Below are positions 39,200 through 49,846 of a DNA stretch of 64,000 bases, one piece after another. The notes under the pieces were generated by a model. The model worked only from the letters and a program-made list of their open reading frames with translations. It ran no database searches and was not told the DNA's origin. The stretch is from an uncultured Bacilli bacterium (GTDB lineage: Bacteria > Bacillota_I > Bacilli_A > RF39 > UBA660), in assembly GCA_944358775.1 (NCBI GenBank), contig CALVRU010000001.1, positions 3,888 through 67,887 of the forward strand, in the 5' to 3' direction. The translations under genes and the position numbers were made by a program. Positions within the stretch are counted from its first letter, which is position 1, and every line of letters begins with the position of its first letter.

Positions 39200-39667
39200 C
39201 TAAATAAACACTATTTTATATTTTTTCTGATATGCCCCTTGCTCTTTTGAACGTTCTAAAGCAATCTTAGGATCATCATCTGAACGAAAATGACTACAAT
39301 TTAACACCGCAAAATCATCTACCAAGTATAAATCAGCACGATGAACTTGATCTAATTCTTCTTTGGAAAGACCCGCCTCATAATAAGACAACATATCCTC
39401 TGGAGTAACATGGATTTTAACATTTTTCAATGCAAACGTCTGCCACGCTTCTTGAATAAACAAATAACGATCCGCTGACCGTTTTACACGATCTAACACT
39501 TTTGGACATTTTGAAAAATTTGCACAATAACCACAAAGTGGAGTTTTAGAAATAAGCCGAAGACGATCGACTAATGCCCACATTTCACGACCATTAAAAT
39601 CACGATTAAAATAATAATAAATTTTTTTTCCTTTTTTGTTTTGATTCGTTTCATTCATAAAAAACAC
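39200..39667 (-). CDS. hypothetical Cys-rich protein (155 aa)
   Basis: ORF with CGYCANFSKC and CSHF clusters. No family recognised. Confidence 0.5.
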   Translation of the reverse strand: MFFMNETNQNKKGKKIYYYFNRDFNGREMWALVDRLRLISKTPLCGYCANFSKCPKVLDRVKRSADRYLFIQEAWQTFALKNVKIHVTPEDMLSYYEAGLSKEELDQVHRADLYLVDDFAVLNCSHFRSDDDPKIALERSKEQGAYQKKYKIVFI

Positions 39668-39705
39668 TTCCTTCTTAGTAAGAGGTTATTATAAAGAAAA
39701 AAGAA

Positions 39706-41721
39706 CTATTTTTCAAGTTCTTTTTCTAATTCTTCTTTGGTCATTTTCGTATAACCTTTAATACCTTTTTCTTTCGCTTTTTTACGAAGTTCAGTTAAGG
39801 TGCTATCTTCCTGTTCATCATTATCTTTTTTTTCTACTGACAAATTAGAATCAATTGTTTTGTTCTCTTCTTCTAAAAGATCTTCTTCTTTTGGCATCTC
39901 ACCATGACTTACTAAATAATCGATTTGTTCTTTTGTTAGAACCTCATACTCCATTAAAGCATCGGCAATCAATTTAACAAGATCTAAATTTTCCGTCAAT
40001 ACTTGTTTTGCTTTATCATAACAAGTATTGATGATCTTTCTCATTTGTAAATCGATCTCATGTGCTACTTCATTCGAGAAGTTTCTCGTTTTATTATAGT
40101 CTCTTCCTAGAAAGACACCTTCTTCTTGTTGTTCTAATTGAATTGGTCCTAAATCACTCATTCCAAATTCCGTAACCATACTACGGGCAATTTTAGTAGC
40201 TTTTTCAAAGTCATTTTGAGCTCCCGTGGTCACTTCATGAAAATGAATTTCTTCCATAACCCGACCACCAAGTAAACCAGTAATTTGATCGAGTAATTCA
40301 GTTCGTGACGCAAAGTTACGTTCTTCTTTCGGTAGCATCAAGTTATAGCCACCAGCCTGACCATGTGGGATAATCGTAATTTTTTGAACGACATTCGCAT
40401 CATCTAATTTAAGACCTAATACCGCGTGTCCCGCTTCATGATATGCAACTAATTCCTTTTCATGTTGACTGTACTTACGACTTGTCTTAGCAGGTCCTGC
40501 AATCACACGATCCGTTGCCTCATCCACTTCAGCCATTGTAATTTGATTTTTATCACGACGAACTGCTAATAACGCTGCCTCATTCAATAGGTTTTCAAGA
40601 TCTGCTCCAGAAAAACCAGGCGTCCGTTTCGCAATCGCTTCCAATTTAACCGTCGGTGCCAAAACTTTATTACGAGCATGAACTCTTAAAATTTCTTCCC
40701 GTTCTTTCGGATCCGGTAATCCGACAACTACTTGACGATCGAAACGACCTGGTCGAAGAAGTGCTGGATCCAAAACATCAGCCCGGTTAGTAGCTGCAAT
40801 AACAATAATTCCTTCATTCGCACCAAATCCGTCCATTTCCGTTAATAACTGGTTCAACGTTTGTTCTCTTTCATCATGGCCACCACCAAGGCCTGTACCT
40901 CTTTGCCGTCCTACTGCATCGATTTCATCGATAAAGATAAGACATGGGGCATTATGTTTCGCTTGTTTAAACATATCACGAACACGACTTGCACCAACAC
41001 CGACAAACAATTCCACGAATTCAGAACCACTAATATAATAAAATGGTACATTCGCTTCTCCTGCAACAGCACGAGCTAATAACGTTTTACCAGTTCCCGG
41101 AGGCCCCACTAATAAAACGCCTTTTGGAATTCTTGCCCCTAATTTTTGGAACTTCTTTGGACTCTTTAAGAAGTCGATTAATTCTTTAACCTCTTGCTTT
41201 TCTTCCTTCAACCCAGCAACATCTTGAAATGTCACTTTATTATCATCCGTATTCAACTTTGCTTTACTGCGACCAAAGTCCATTGAATTGCTATTTCCCT
41301 TCATCTGTTTTGAAAATAGATAAATTGCTCCACCTACTAAAATGATCATTGGCACAACATTAACTAAAATCAATAACAAAGAACTAGACTCTGGATCAGC
41401 CACTGTAACCAACTCAAATGAGTATTCATCGTTAGAATCCAAAATACGATTCATCACTGCATCACTAAGTGGTACTCGTGAATAAAAGGTTTCATTTTCT
41501 TTGTAATCCGATAATTTTCCACGAATCTCATATACCTTTGCTCGTTCTTTTGGCGTAACTTCGATCTCTGTTACTTGTTTATTATCGAACGCTTTCATCA
41601 ATTCATCATAAGTTAACACATTTACTTTTTGATTCATCACATTAAAAAAGTAAAAAATACCCAGCATGACTAAAATCAAAAATAAGTATGGAACCAATCC
41701 TTTTTTTACTGTTTTTTTCAT
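39706..41721 (-). CDS. ftsH: ATP-dependent zinc metalloprotease FtsH
   Basis: 671 aa. GPPGTGKT Walker A, HEAGH zinc motif, N-terminal TM segments. Confidence 0.97.
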   Translation of the reverse strand: MKKTVKKGLVPYLFLILVMLGIFYFFNVMNQKVNVLTYDELMKAFDNKQVTEIEVTPKERAKVYEIRGKLSDYKENETFYSRVPLSDAVMNRILDSNDEYSFELVTVADPESSSLLLILVNVVPMIILVGGAIYLFSKQMKGNSNSMDFGRSKAKLNTDDNKVTFQDVAGLKEEKQEVKELIDFLKSPKKFQKLGARIPKGVLLVGPPGTGKTLLARAVAGEANVPFYYISGSEFVELFVGVGASRVRDMFKQAKHNAPCLIFIDEIDAVGRQRGTGLGGGHDEREQTLNQLLTEMDGFGANEGIIVIAATNRADVLDPALLRPGRFDRQVVVGLPDPKEREEILRVHARNKVLAPTVKLEAIAKRTPGFSGADLENLLNEAALLAVRRDKNQITMAEVDEATDRVIAGPAKTSRKYSQHEKELVAYHEAGHAVLGLKLDDANVVQKITIIPHGQAGGYNLMLPKEERNFASRTELLDQITGLLGGRVMEEIHFHEVTTGAQNDFEKATKIARSMVTEFGMSDLGPIQLEQQEEGVFLGRDYNKTRNFSNEVAHEIDLQMRKIINTCYDKAKQVLTENLDLVKLIADALMEYEVLTKEQIDYLVSHGEMPKEEDLLEEENKTIDSNLSVEKKDNDEQEDSTLTELRKKAKEKGIKGYTKMTKEELEKELEK

Positions 41722-41735
41722 AGTATCCTCCTCGT

Positions 41736-43067
41736 CTAATAATATCTTATTATTATATCACAATTTTCATTTTTCGAAAGATTAAATTTACTCTTTTTTA
41801 AGCCTGGAAGCCAAACGATAACTCCTTTGGAATCGACGACGACTGGCCATAACTCCCGTTCCTCAAGTGGGACTTTTGCATCGATCATAATATCTTTTAC
41901 TTTACGGTGTCCATTTGTTCCCTTCATTTCCATTTTATCGCCATGATTCCGTGTTCTCACATAAAGTGGTAAAGTAACATCAGAAGAGGATAAGCGACAC
42001 ACATCGTTTCCATTTTCATCCCAAGCAGGAACCACTTCTAAATGTTTTCCGTTCGGTAAAATGGCATAATCGTTGATCTCGATTTCATAGCTGGCAACTT
42101 CACCCGTTTCTACCACAATTTTAAGTTGTTCATAACTTTTTACCACCTTCACATTGTTCGGTAAATAAAGAAATGCATTACTTTTTCGAGAGGTAATTAA
42201 GTCACGAATTAAGTTTACGTGTTTATCTCCAAGGAGCATTAAATCGTCCTGATACACTTCTTCTAACATCTTATAGATAACCCGTTCTTGTAAAAGGGGT
42301 TCTAATTCCAAATACTTTGGAATGCAAAGAGTAAGATCGTGATACACCTTCTGAAAAGCACGAGCAGCTTCCCGATCGACATAATCACTATACTCCGAAA
42401 GGATTTTACTAAATTTCCAAAACTTCTCGTGAACATTCGCATCTTCCTTTTTTAGAAAAGGTAAGATCACTTTCCGATAACGATTTCTTGTGTATTTCGG
42501 TTTAAAATTCGATCGATCGACAACATATGGTACTCTATGAATTTTATTATAACGAAGAATATCTTCCTTTGTATATGGAAGAAGTGGCCGTACAATCTTA
42601 TAATCTTTCATCTCTACTTCTTCTTGAAAGCCACTGTATCCTTTCAATGTAGACCCTCGTACAATTCGCATTAAAATAGTCTCAATTAAATCATCGCCAT
42701 GATGTGCAGTCATTAAATACGCCGCCTGATATTTATGAACGATTGCTTCAAAAAACTGATATCGAATATTTCGTGCTTCATTATGAAAATTATCATCGCC
42801 ATAAGAAGAAATCGTCATCGACTCAAACAAAACACCGTGCTTCAGACAAAATTCCTCGACGAATTTTTTTTCTTTTCCACTTTCCTTCCGCACATTATGA
42901 TTCACATGAGCGGCAACAATCGAAAGAGGTAAATGTTTACGAATATCCAACAATAACGAAAGTAGCGCCATCGAATCCGGACCACCTGACAACCCGACGA
43001 CAATCACATCATTCTCCTTTAATGGATATGAAATTGCAAGTTTCTTCGCTTTCACTGAAATCACCAA
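41736..43067 (-). CDS. tilS: tRNA(Ile)-lysidine synthetase
   Basis: 443 aa. SGGPDS PP-loop. Directly upstream of ftsH, with no hpt in between. Confidence 0.9.
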   Translation of the reverse strand: MVISVKAKKLAISYPLKENDVIVVGLSGGPDSMALLSLLLDIRKHLPLSIVAAHVNHNVRKESGKEKKFVEEFCLKHGVLFESMTISSYGDDNFHNEARNIRYQFFEAIVHKYQAAYLMTAHHGDDLIETILMRIVRGSTLKGYSGFQEEVEMKDYKIVRPLLPYTKEDILRYNKIHRVPYVVDRSNFKPKYTRNRYRKVILPFLKKEDANVHEKFWKFSKILSEYSDYVDREAARAFQKVYHDLTLCIPKYLELEPLLQERVIYKMLEEVYQDDLMLLGDKHVNLIRDLITSRKSNAFLYLPNNVKVVKSYEQLKIVVETGEVASYEIEINDYAILPNGKHLEVVPAWDENGNDVCRLSSSDVTLPLYVRTRNHGDKMEMKGTNGHRKVKDIMIDAKVPLEERELWPVVVDSKGVIVWLPGLKKSKFNLSKNENCDIIIRYY

Positions 43068-43075
43068 CTTCCATT

Positions 43076-43348
43076 TTACCGAAAATGTCTACGAAGTGCA
43101 ATTGTAAGTTTCGTCTTAAAGAACCACATTAGCCGAAAAAGAAAATAGAGAAATACACAAATAAGCAAATAATAAAAACATTTCGGCCATAAAAAATCGA
43201 GGGTGCGAACATACCCTTGAAACATTAATAAACAAAAGAGTGTTACAAAAAAAATTCTTCCTTTTTTACGCAAAAAAGAATCGCGTGGCAACAATAATCC
43301 CCACCAATAAGAAATCAACACAAAAAGAAATCCCCAAAGTATCTTCAT
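43076..43348 (-). CDS. small hypothetical membrane protein (90 aa)
   Basis: ORF with 3 hydrophobic segments. Weak evidence. Confidence 0.4.
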   Translation of the reverse strand: MKILWGFLFVLISYWWGLLLPRDSFLRKKGRIFFVTLFCLLMFQGYVRTLDFLWPKCFYYLLICVFLYFLFRLMWFFKTKLTIALRRHFR

Positions 43349-43405
43349 TCCATCACCGGAAATTATTATAATCGAAAGAAAACAAAATATTTGTCAGAAA
43401 ATATT

Positions 43406-43723
43406 TTATGGAATTCTCAAAATAAACTCACCATCTTTAGAATAGAGATATTTTTCTCTTGCGTATCTTGCAATATAATCAGGATCTTGTAACTTCTCTA
43501 CATCTACTTTTAATTCTTCTTCTTTCTTCTTAAGTTCAACTAATTGTTCATCTAAAAATTTTTTTTCCTGATACTTCTGATAGATCTGAAACCAATACCC
43601 TCCTATTGTGAAAACTAAGAGACCAATGATACCAATGCATGGTAAGCCAAAGAAAAACATACGACGTGTCATTTTTACTTTTTTCTTTTTCTTGGCCATT
43701 AAAGTCACCCACTTTTCTAACAT
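43406..43723 (-). CDS. divIC: septum formation initiator DivIC/FtsB-like
   Basis: 105 aa. N-terminal TM plus coiled coil (LVELKKKEEELKVDVEKLQDPDYIARYAREK). Synteny after yabQ. Confidence 0.7.
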   Translation of the reverse strand: MLEKWVTLMAKKKKKVKMTRRMFFFGLPCIGIIGLLVFTIGGYWFQIYQKYQEKKFLDEQLVELKKKEEELKVDVEKLQDPDYIARYAREKYLYSKDGEFILRIP

Positions 43724-43821
43724 ATATTATAACAATCGATTATAGCAAATTCAACGAATTGATAAACAATACCACAATTTTACAAAATTAAAATGTCAAC
43801 AAAAAAAGAAAGTTATTGTTT

Positions 43822-44124
43822 CTACTTTCTCTTCCGAAGCCATTTTTGATCCCAAAACCGAATCTTCTTTGTCGTATGATTGCCGACAAAATAACCTAAA
43901 ATGACCAGCAACAAAAAATAATAATGCATCTCGCCATAATTGATATACCGCAACAAAATAAAATACAAAAGCACATTATCGACAATAAACAAAAAATTGA
44001 TTAATATGCGATAAACACGCTTACCTAAAAACAGAAAACGATAATTGAAATTCAATAAAAAAGAAAAAAATAATCCATAAACAAAAGAATAGATGATCGA
44101 TTGAATTTGGACTTCTAATGTCAT
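43822..44124 (-). CDS. yabQ: YabQ-like spore cortex biosynthesis membrane protein
   Basis: 100-aa multi-TM protein immediately downstream of yabP with 4-nt overlap. Confidence 0.6.
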   Translation of the reverse strand: MTLEVQIQSIIYSFVYGLFFSFLLNFNYRFLFLGKRVYRILINFLFIVDNVLLYFILLRYINYGEMHYYFLLLVILGYFVGNHTTKKIRFWDQKWLRKRK

Positions 44125-44414
44125 TTGAATAACCGATTAAAAATTCCATTTTCTTTTTCTTTTTTATTGGCATCATCCAAATAAGAAAACGACTGAATTA
44201 ATCCTTTAATCGAAACGTTTCCTTGTAATGTATCCAATTTAATTAATTCCAACCCTTCTCCTTTGATTACCAAATAACCCATAATAGTTTCCATTAAAAA
44301 CTCTTCATCATCGAAACTCTCAATTTTTTTAACCCCTGAAATCAGTGCACTCTTTCGTTCTGCAATACTAATACCATGATTGTAATTTGTAATTGTGGTA
44401 GTCTCTTTTTCCAT
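44121..44414 (-). CDS. yabP: sporulation protein YabP
   Basis: Similarity to B. subtilis YabP (ISGVKKIESFDDEEFLMETIMGYLVIKGEGL...VSIKGLI). Confidence 0.75.
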   Translation of the reverse strand: MEKETTTITNYNHGISIAERKSALISGVKKIESFDDEEFLMETIMGYLVIKGEGLELIKLDTLQGNVSIKGLIQSFSYLDDANKKEKENGIFNRLFK

Positions 44415-44462
44415 AATTGCATCCTCCTACCACACAATATGTCTTTTTCCAAAAAAATAGAA

Positions 44463-44487
44463 CGAAAAAAGACTCATTCGAGTCTTA
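44463..44487 (-). terminator. rho-independent terminator of spoVG
   Basis: Minus-strand aagactcgaatgagtctt followed by ttttt. Confidence 0.65.
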
Positions 44488-44502
44488 GTACTGCTTCTTC
44501 GA

Positions 44503-44781
44503 TTATTCTTCGTTCGCTGGTGCTTCTTCCGCATTTTCATATGCTTCAAGAATAGCATCTTCGAACATTTTACGTACTTCTGGATTAATTGGATGAGCAA
44601 TATCGCGATATCCACCAGTAGCAGTTTTTCTACTTGGCATAGCGATAAACAATCCATTATCTCCTTCAATAATACGAATATCGTGAACTGCAAAACTGTC
44701 ATCTAATAAAACAGATGCAATTCCTTTCATGCGTGATCCTTCTTTGTCGATCTTTCGAACATTGACAGATGTAATCTTCAT
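44503..44781 (-). CDS. spoVG: septation/sporulation regulator SpoVG
   Basis: [52 protein letters not shown], highly conserved SpoVG. Confidence 0.95.
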   Translation of the reverse strand: MKITSVNVRKIDKEGSRMKGIASVLLDDSFAVHDIRIIEGDNGLFIAMPSRKTATGGYRDIAHPINPEVRKMFEDAILEAYENAEEAPANEE

Positions 44782-44882
44782 ACGCTAAATCCTCCCTCTA
44801 AAGCATAACACTTTATAAATTCATTTTATACCAAGAAATACCAAAATGCAACAAAAATTTACAAATAGTAACTATAGGTAAA

Positions 44883-45107
44883 TTATTCTACATCTTTAAT
44901 TTCTAAATGGTCCATCAACACATCACTGTAACTAAACGATTTAATCGATTGATTATCATCTTTAATCCGGACCAAAAAAACGAAAGGATACGTATTGACG
45001 ATCGTTCCATCAAATTCTTCTGTTTGATTGCGTGCACCATTAAAACGAAACTGTAGCTCTTTTCCCTTACAAGACTCGATTTTTTCTTTGATCAAATCAA
45101 TATTCAT
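44883..45107 (-). CDS. veg: biofilm formation stimulator Veg
   Basis: 74 aa. Veg family pattern (GTIVNTYPFVFLVRI). Confidence 0.8.
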   Translation of the reverse strand: MNIDLIKEKIESCKGKELQFRFNGARNQTEEFDGTIVNTYPFVFLVRIKDDNQSIKSFSYSDVLMDHLEIKDVE

Positions 45108-45871
45108 CGAGGATACCCCACATACATCATTCCATTCGTAATGATACCACCAATTCCATCGTGACCGTATTTCGTTTTATTTAAAATATCAATCAAATCG
45201 ATCGGCTTATTCTTATCACTTAAACCGACACTACTAGCAATAATGGCCGGATCTAATGCATGAATATTAATACGCTTAGGGCTACTGGCAAAATTGGCAC
45301 CTGCCTTAATCAACTCCTCATAGTTGCTTTGACATGCCCCCGCAACAATTACCAACTTATCTTGACTTTTTTCGTAACTACGAGCAATGCGAACGGCCTC
45401 CAAAAAATACTTACTGTTCTTATAATTTTTCGTTCTTTTATAATAGGCATCATGTCCTGTAATAACTAAAATATCCGGTCGGACTTCTTCCAAATAATGA
45501 AGTAATTCATCTTTAAATTCATCTTCTCTTAACCGCACTCCATACGCCATAATATGAAGTTTTTTATAAAAGTTCATACAGCGATCCAAATATTCTTGAT
45601 CCCCATCGATATGTAACACTTTCCCTGGCAAATAAAAATATTCCGTACGATCCAATTTTAAAAAAGATTCCATTCGATCTAAAATAACATCATCATCCTG
45701 AATCGGTTTTTCCACTTCTACTTTTTTCAAATCATCTAAATCACTATCCGCATATAGACGGATATTAATTCCTTTTAAAGATGCAATATCTCCATCGATT
45801 GCAACAATCCGAAAAACCGTATCATTATGATAAGAATTGCGTGTGACGAGATCTCCTACCTGAAAAAGCAT
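45104..45871 (-). CDS. yabG: sporulation-specific protease YabG-like
   Basis: Similarity to B. subtilis YabG (MLFQVGDLVTRNSY...LPGKVLHIDGD...VITGHDAY). Confidence 0.8.
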   Translation of the reverse strand: MLFQVGDLVTRNSYHNDTVFRIVAIDGDIASLKGINIRLYADSDLDDLKKVEVEKPIQDDDVILDRMESFLKLDRTEYFYLPGKVLHIDGDQEYLDRCMNFYKKLHIMAYGVRLREDEFKDELLHYLEEVRPDILVITGHDAYYKRTKNYKNSKYFLEAVRIARSYEKSQDKLVIVAGACQSNYEELIKAGANFASSPKRINIHALDPAIIASSVGLSDKNKPIDLIDILNKTKYGHDGIGGIITNGMMYVGYPR

Positions 45872-45910
45872 ATTCTCACCTCATCACATGATACGCAAAG
45901 AAAAAAGAGT

Positions 45911-46717
45911 TTATGCATGAAAGGCATTGCTTAATGCAACAAACTCTTCTAAAGTTAACTGTTCTGCTCGAACCGTTAAATCTTTGTGAACTTTTTTTAA
46001 TACAGATTCAATCACATTTAAATCATATTCCTTCAAATTATTCCGCAAATTCTTTCGTTTAAAACGAAAACTATCTCGAACCAATTGAAAGAAAAAAGGC
46101 AAATCCAACACTTCGAGACGATCTTTCTTAGCCGTTAAACGAATCACAACACTATCGACATGGGGTTGTGGAACAAAATTTCCGCGACCTACTAAAAATA
46201 ACTTTTCCATTTCAAAATAATAATTCAAAAAAACAGTTAAAGACCCATAATCGCGACTTCCAACCTTAGCGGTAAAACGTTCTCCAACTTCTTTTTGAAC
46301 CATGACAACTACTTTCTCTACCGGAATTTGTTCATCGATCAATTTCGTAATAATCGGAGTTGTAATATAATAAGGAAGATTCGCAACAACATATAAATGC
46401 TGGAAAGAATACTTTTTTAAATCTTCTAAAACATTTCTTTTTAAAAAATCATCATAAATAACATCGACATTCGAATAATCCTTCAATTGCTTATCGAGTA
46501 CCAACTCTAAACTATCATCTATTTCATAACAAAGCACTTGATCCGCCCTTTGACAAAGTTCCTTTGTTAAAGCCCCTGCTCCTGGACCTATCTCAATCAC
46601 CAAAGAATTCTTTTCAATTGTAGCAGCATCAGCAATTCGCGTAACAATAACTGCATTTTTTAAAAAATTTTGACCAAATTTCTTTTTAAAACGAAAGTTT
46701 TCTGTCATGTTTCTCAC
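45911..46717 (-). CDS. rsmA: 16S rRNA (adenine1518/1519-N6)-dimethyltransferase
   Basis: FGQNFL motif and NLPY motif. Confidence 0.9.
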   Translation of the reverse strand: MRNMTENFRFKKKFGQNFLKNAVIVTRIADAATIEKNSLVIEIGPGAGALTKELCQRADQVLCYEIDDSLELVLDKQLKDYSNVDVIYDDFLKRNVLEDLKKYSFQHLYVVANLPYYITTPIITKLIDEQIPVEKVVVMVQKEVGERFTAKVGSRDYGSLTVFLNYYFEMEKLFLVGRGNFVPQPHVDSVVIRLTAKKDRLEVLDLPFFFQLVRDSFRFKRKNLRNNLKEYDLNVIESVLKKVHKDLTVRAEQLTLEEFVALSNAFHA

Positions 46718-46744
46718 CTCCTTAACTATAACATGTTTTAAATA

Positions 46745-46782
46745 AAGAAAAAAGTAGAAGTTATTTTGCTTCTACTTTAACT
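46745..46782 (-). terminator. rho-independent terminator ending the SipW operon (overlaps last codons of the 166-aa gene)
   Basis: Minus-strand agtagaagcaaaataacttctact followed by tttttt. Confidence 0.6.
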
Positions 46783-47261
46783 GTTAATGTCTCGTCTTGT
46801 ACCTTTTTCTTTTTCCTCTTAACTCCGGCTAAAATCAAAAAGATATCTGCGACCGACAATCCATATAGCATAATCTTAAATGGTGCAATCATATCAGAAA
46901 AATAATTAAAGTTAATATCATATCCTAATCGAATCTTAGCAATCATAAAATCATCGGCAACCGCCCGATATCCACAAAAGATAATTAACACAAAAACCAT
47001 ACAAGAAACAAAGTTGAAAAAGACACTATCTTTCACCGCTTTTTGATTTAAAATCATATTGATTGCATACATTACAAATAAAATTGCAAATGGTAAAAAG
47101 ACACTAAATGCATCTAAAATATTCTTATCTAATCTCTGATACATAAAAACGACAATATAGAAAGTAAATCCAAAAGAAGCAAGTAAAAGCAATAATTTTA
47201 TATAATATAAAATTTTATTTAATATTTCAATCATTCTAACGAGCCCCCTTTGTTTCTTCAC
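46761..47261 (-). CDS. hypothetical 4-TM membrane protein (166 aa), last gene of the SipW operon
   Basis: ORF overlaps the upstream gene by 26 nt. Four hydrophobic helices. Confidence 0.6.
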   Translation of the reverse strand: MKKQRGLVRMIEILNKILYYIKLLLLLASFGFTFYIVVFMYQRLDKNILDAFSVFLPFAILFVMYAINMILNQKAVKDSVFFNFVSCMVFVLIIFCGYRAVADDFMIAKIRLGYDINFNYFSDMIAPFKIMLYGLSVADIFLILAGVKRKKKKVQDETLTVKVEAK

Positions 47262-47931
47262 TGAACCATTGTGCTAACTCATCCGTAATTGCAGCTACTT
47301 TCGTATAAGATGCCATTAGATCATAGTAACCATCTTTTACTTTATCCATTACCGTACTAGTGACAAGTGATGTATTAAAATAGTAACTACTATTATTAAG
47401 TAAATCTTTTTTCAAATAGTACGTATCCGATAAAATGCTATCTAAATAAAGTCGAAGATACGTTTGATTTCCTTTTAGATATGCTGAATTAAGTTGATTT
47501 TTTTCAGCCTTTGCAAACCAATCTAAATTTGTTACTACACATTTCGATACGACTTCTGTTTCAAAAGCTTCCCGTAAATTATAGATATCGACAATCGTCA
47601 ATTCGTTTTTATTCATAATTGCTTGCATCGCTTCATTATTTAATTCCTCATAACAAGCTTTTAATTTCTGATCCGCGGACATCACTTGAAAGGCAGTTAA
47701 ATCACCTTCGTATTTATTCGCGTCAATCTCTGGTAAGTTTTCTTTGATACTCGTTAAATAATTTTGAAATTTCTGCATCGTCGCATTGGTACTAGGGTCA
47801 TAAACAAAAGTCTTTCGAATTTCAGATGCATGGTAAAGATTGACGATAAGATAGAAAGATGAAAACGCAAAAATAAGTCCTAATAGTGAATAACTAATAA
47901 TCTTACAATACTGTTTTAAAAAATCAATCAT
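47236..47931 (-). CDS. hypothetical N-terminally anchored extracellular protein (231 aa), SipW operon (TapA-like accessory candidate)
   Basis: N-terminal TM LLGLIFAFSSFYLIVNLY, then a predicted helical ectodomain. Confidence 0.6.
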   Translation of the reverse strand: MIDFLKQYCKIISYSLLGLIFAFSSFYLIVNLYHASEIRKTFVYDPSTNATMQKFQNYLTSIKENLPEIDANKYEGDLTAFQVMSADQKLKACYEELNNEAMQAIMNKNELTIVDIYNLREAFETEVVSKCVVTNLDWFAKAEKNQLNSAYLKGNQTYLRLYLDSILSDTYYLKKDLLNNSSYYFNTSLVTSTVMDKVKDGYYDLMASYTKVAAITDELAQWFSEETKGAR

Positions 47932-47933
47932 AA

Positions 47934-48524
47934 TTATGCCTCCTTAGTAATGGGATCAATCGTCAACTGATAATGATAATGACGATTCATCCAATCGGTA
48001 TCTTCTTTTGCTTCACTAATCCAAATTTTCAATTCATAATCATAGGTTTGTCCACTTGCAATATTTTGTTCATCTAAGATATTCATTTTAATATCCGAAA
48101 GGTCACCGGTTTGGATCTTCTGATTATTTCGATATAGCGTATAGCGCAATTGATCACGCGTTAATTGGTTCTCAGGCGTACAGCCATCCGTTATAGATCC
48201 CACAGGTACATCTTCAATCAACAATTGAAAACGCCCGTCTTGAGTACCATTATTGGTCACCTTTAAGCGATATCCCGTAATTTTTTGACCATCTTCATCG
48301 CTCATTGGCACCATCTCATCAAAAACAGTAATACTTCCCGTGTCGACAACCGTCAACTGCACTGTAGCCACCTCTGTTTTAGTAGGTGTTTTGGAACGAT
48401 AATAAATTGAAAAAAACAAAAGTGCAAAAACCAAAACAAGTAGAATTATGACAAATAAAGTAAGAAATGGAAACTGCCTCTTTTTCTCACGATCATTTCT
48501 TTGTTCTTGTTCATTCATTTTCAT
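47934..48524 (-). CDS. secreted protein with SipW-cognate-like signal, paralog family member (about 197 aa)
   Basis: Shares family motifs (VPMSDEDGQ; YDYELKIWISE) with the 49-52 kb paralogs. The ORF-track start 48560 overlaps sipW; the internal MKMNEQ start is more plausible. Confidence 0.6.
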   Translation of the reverse strand: MKMNEQEQRNDREKKRQFPFLTLFVIILLVLVFALLFFSIYYRSKTPTKTEVATVQLTVVDTGSITVFDEMVPMSDEDGQKITGYRLKVTNNGTQDGRFQLLIEDVPVGSITDGCTPENQLTRDQLRYTLYRNNQKIQTGDLSDIKMNILDEQNIASGQTYDYELKIWISEAKEDTDWMNRHYHYQLTIDPITKEA

Positions 48525-48525
48525 A

Positions 48526-49140
48526 TTACGACTCCTTCTTCCGTTTTTTATTGATCTCACGATAAACTGTTTTACCTAACTTAATAAAATCATAAATGAT
48601 AACTCCTAAACTCGGAATAACAATTACTAAAATCCATCCGTATGATGTCGATAAAAATTGTTGTAAATAACCAAGTTTTGGAATTTTAAACATAACTTTT
48701 CCCATTAAATTATCTTCTGGTACTAACCAACTATCTTCGGTATTATTATTATCACCCTTTGTTCGGAAAAGATAGAATCCATTGCTATCTTGCGTTACCT
48801 CAACTACGCGGTGCGTAATCGTTGCACCATACGAAATCGGACTTTCCGAAATAAACGTAATAATATCACCTTTTTCCACCGAGTGACCGCTCACACGCCT
48901 AGTAACAACCGCATCATTAACATGAATATTTGGTTCCATACTATTACTAATAATCACATATGCACTGAAAAGTGGAGCAGTATAATCTCCTTTTTTCAAA
49001 TTTTGCTTTTGCTCAATATAGTACACAACCACTGTAATAATAATAATAACTAAGATCGTAAGAATAGCATACAAAAAAACAGAAGTAAGAAAATGAAAAA
49101 ACTTTTGTAGATTATGAAACCATGCATTCTTCTGCTTCAT
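48526..49140 (-). CDS. sipW: signal peptidase I, SipW type (ER/archaeal-type SPase I)
   Basis: 204 aa. N-terminal TM, then SNSMEPNIHVNDAVV (Ser nucleophile box). His-containing box and C-terminal TM typical of SipW/Sec11-type enzymes, not LepB type. Confidence 0.8.
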   Translation of the reverse strand: MKQKNAWFHNLQKFFHFLTSVFLYAILTILVIIIITVVVYYIEQKQNLKKGDYTAPLFSAYVIISNSMEPNIHVNDAVVTRRVSGHSVEKGDIITFISESPISYGATITHRVVEVTQDSNGFYLFRTKGDNNNTEDSWLVPEDNLMGKVMFKIPKLGYLQQFLSTSYGWILVIVIPSLGVIIYDFIKLGKTVYREINKKRKKES

Positions 49141-49165
49141 AAACGCACCCCTTTTTATTCTTTTG

Positions 49166-49846
49166 TTATTTTACTTGTGCCGCATACACATTAATCCGAA
49201 GCGAAAACTGCTTATTACTATAGTTCGTAGCATCTTCTTTGACCCACATCCGCAAACGGTACTGCTCTTGTACTTTTGTTCCTTTTGAAATCGTTCCTTG
49301 ATACAAAGTCTTACCTTTAGTATCTGCAAGTTTTGTATCTTCATACTCCCCATAAGTTTTAACAGGATCAGAAGAAATCGGAGTCTCTAATGTACCATCC
49401 ACTTTAGTTAAATAAATTTTCACTAATTGTTCTGATAACGTAGAATTGTTTTCTTTAAGTGCTACAATTTCATACTGTAGATTGACACTAGTATCCGCTA
49501 AAATTTGAAAATCAAAATAAGTATGACTAGAAAATAATGCTTTCCCCTCTTCATCCGAAATAGGTCTTGCATTTACGATATTAATTCCATTTCCTTGACC
49601 ATCAACATCCGAATAAGAAAATAAAATTTCACCACTCTTAATCGTATTAATCTGACTGTTATCCCCACTTGGATCGAGATCGGTATACTCTCTATAAAAA
49701 GCATAAGATAACGTAGAAACAGTCACCACTAAAATAATCAATAATAAAATTAACAATAAATTTTGACGAATATAACGTTTCTTTCTGTTTTCTTCTAGTT
49801 CTTGTTCTTCTTCAATAGAATTAAATTGTTCATTATTCTGTTCCAT
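49166..49846 (-). CDS. secreted protein with SipW-cognate signal (LSYAFYREYTD), paralog family member (start at MEQNNEQ)
   Basis: Shares ILFSYSD, RPISDEEGK and QYRLRMWVKE motifs with the tandem paralogs. RBS agaggtg lies before the internal ATG. Confidence 0.65.
   Translation of the reverse strand: MEQNNEQFNSIEEEQELEENRKKRYIRQNLLLILLLIILVVTVSTLSYAFYREYTDLDPSGDNSQINTIKSGEILFSYSDVDGQGNGINIVNARPISDEEGKALFSSHTYFDFQILADTSVNLQYEIVALKENNSTLSEQLVKIYLTKVDGTLETPISSDPVKTYGEYEDTKLADTKGKTLYQGTISKGTKVQEQYRLRMWVKEDATNYSNKQFSLRINVYAAQVK

Noticed and set aside
44427-44702. 91-aa ORF overlapping spoVG in another frame.
   Set aside because: SpoVG is highly conserved and accounts for the region. The overlapping ORF has no independent signals.
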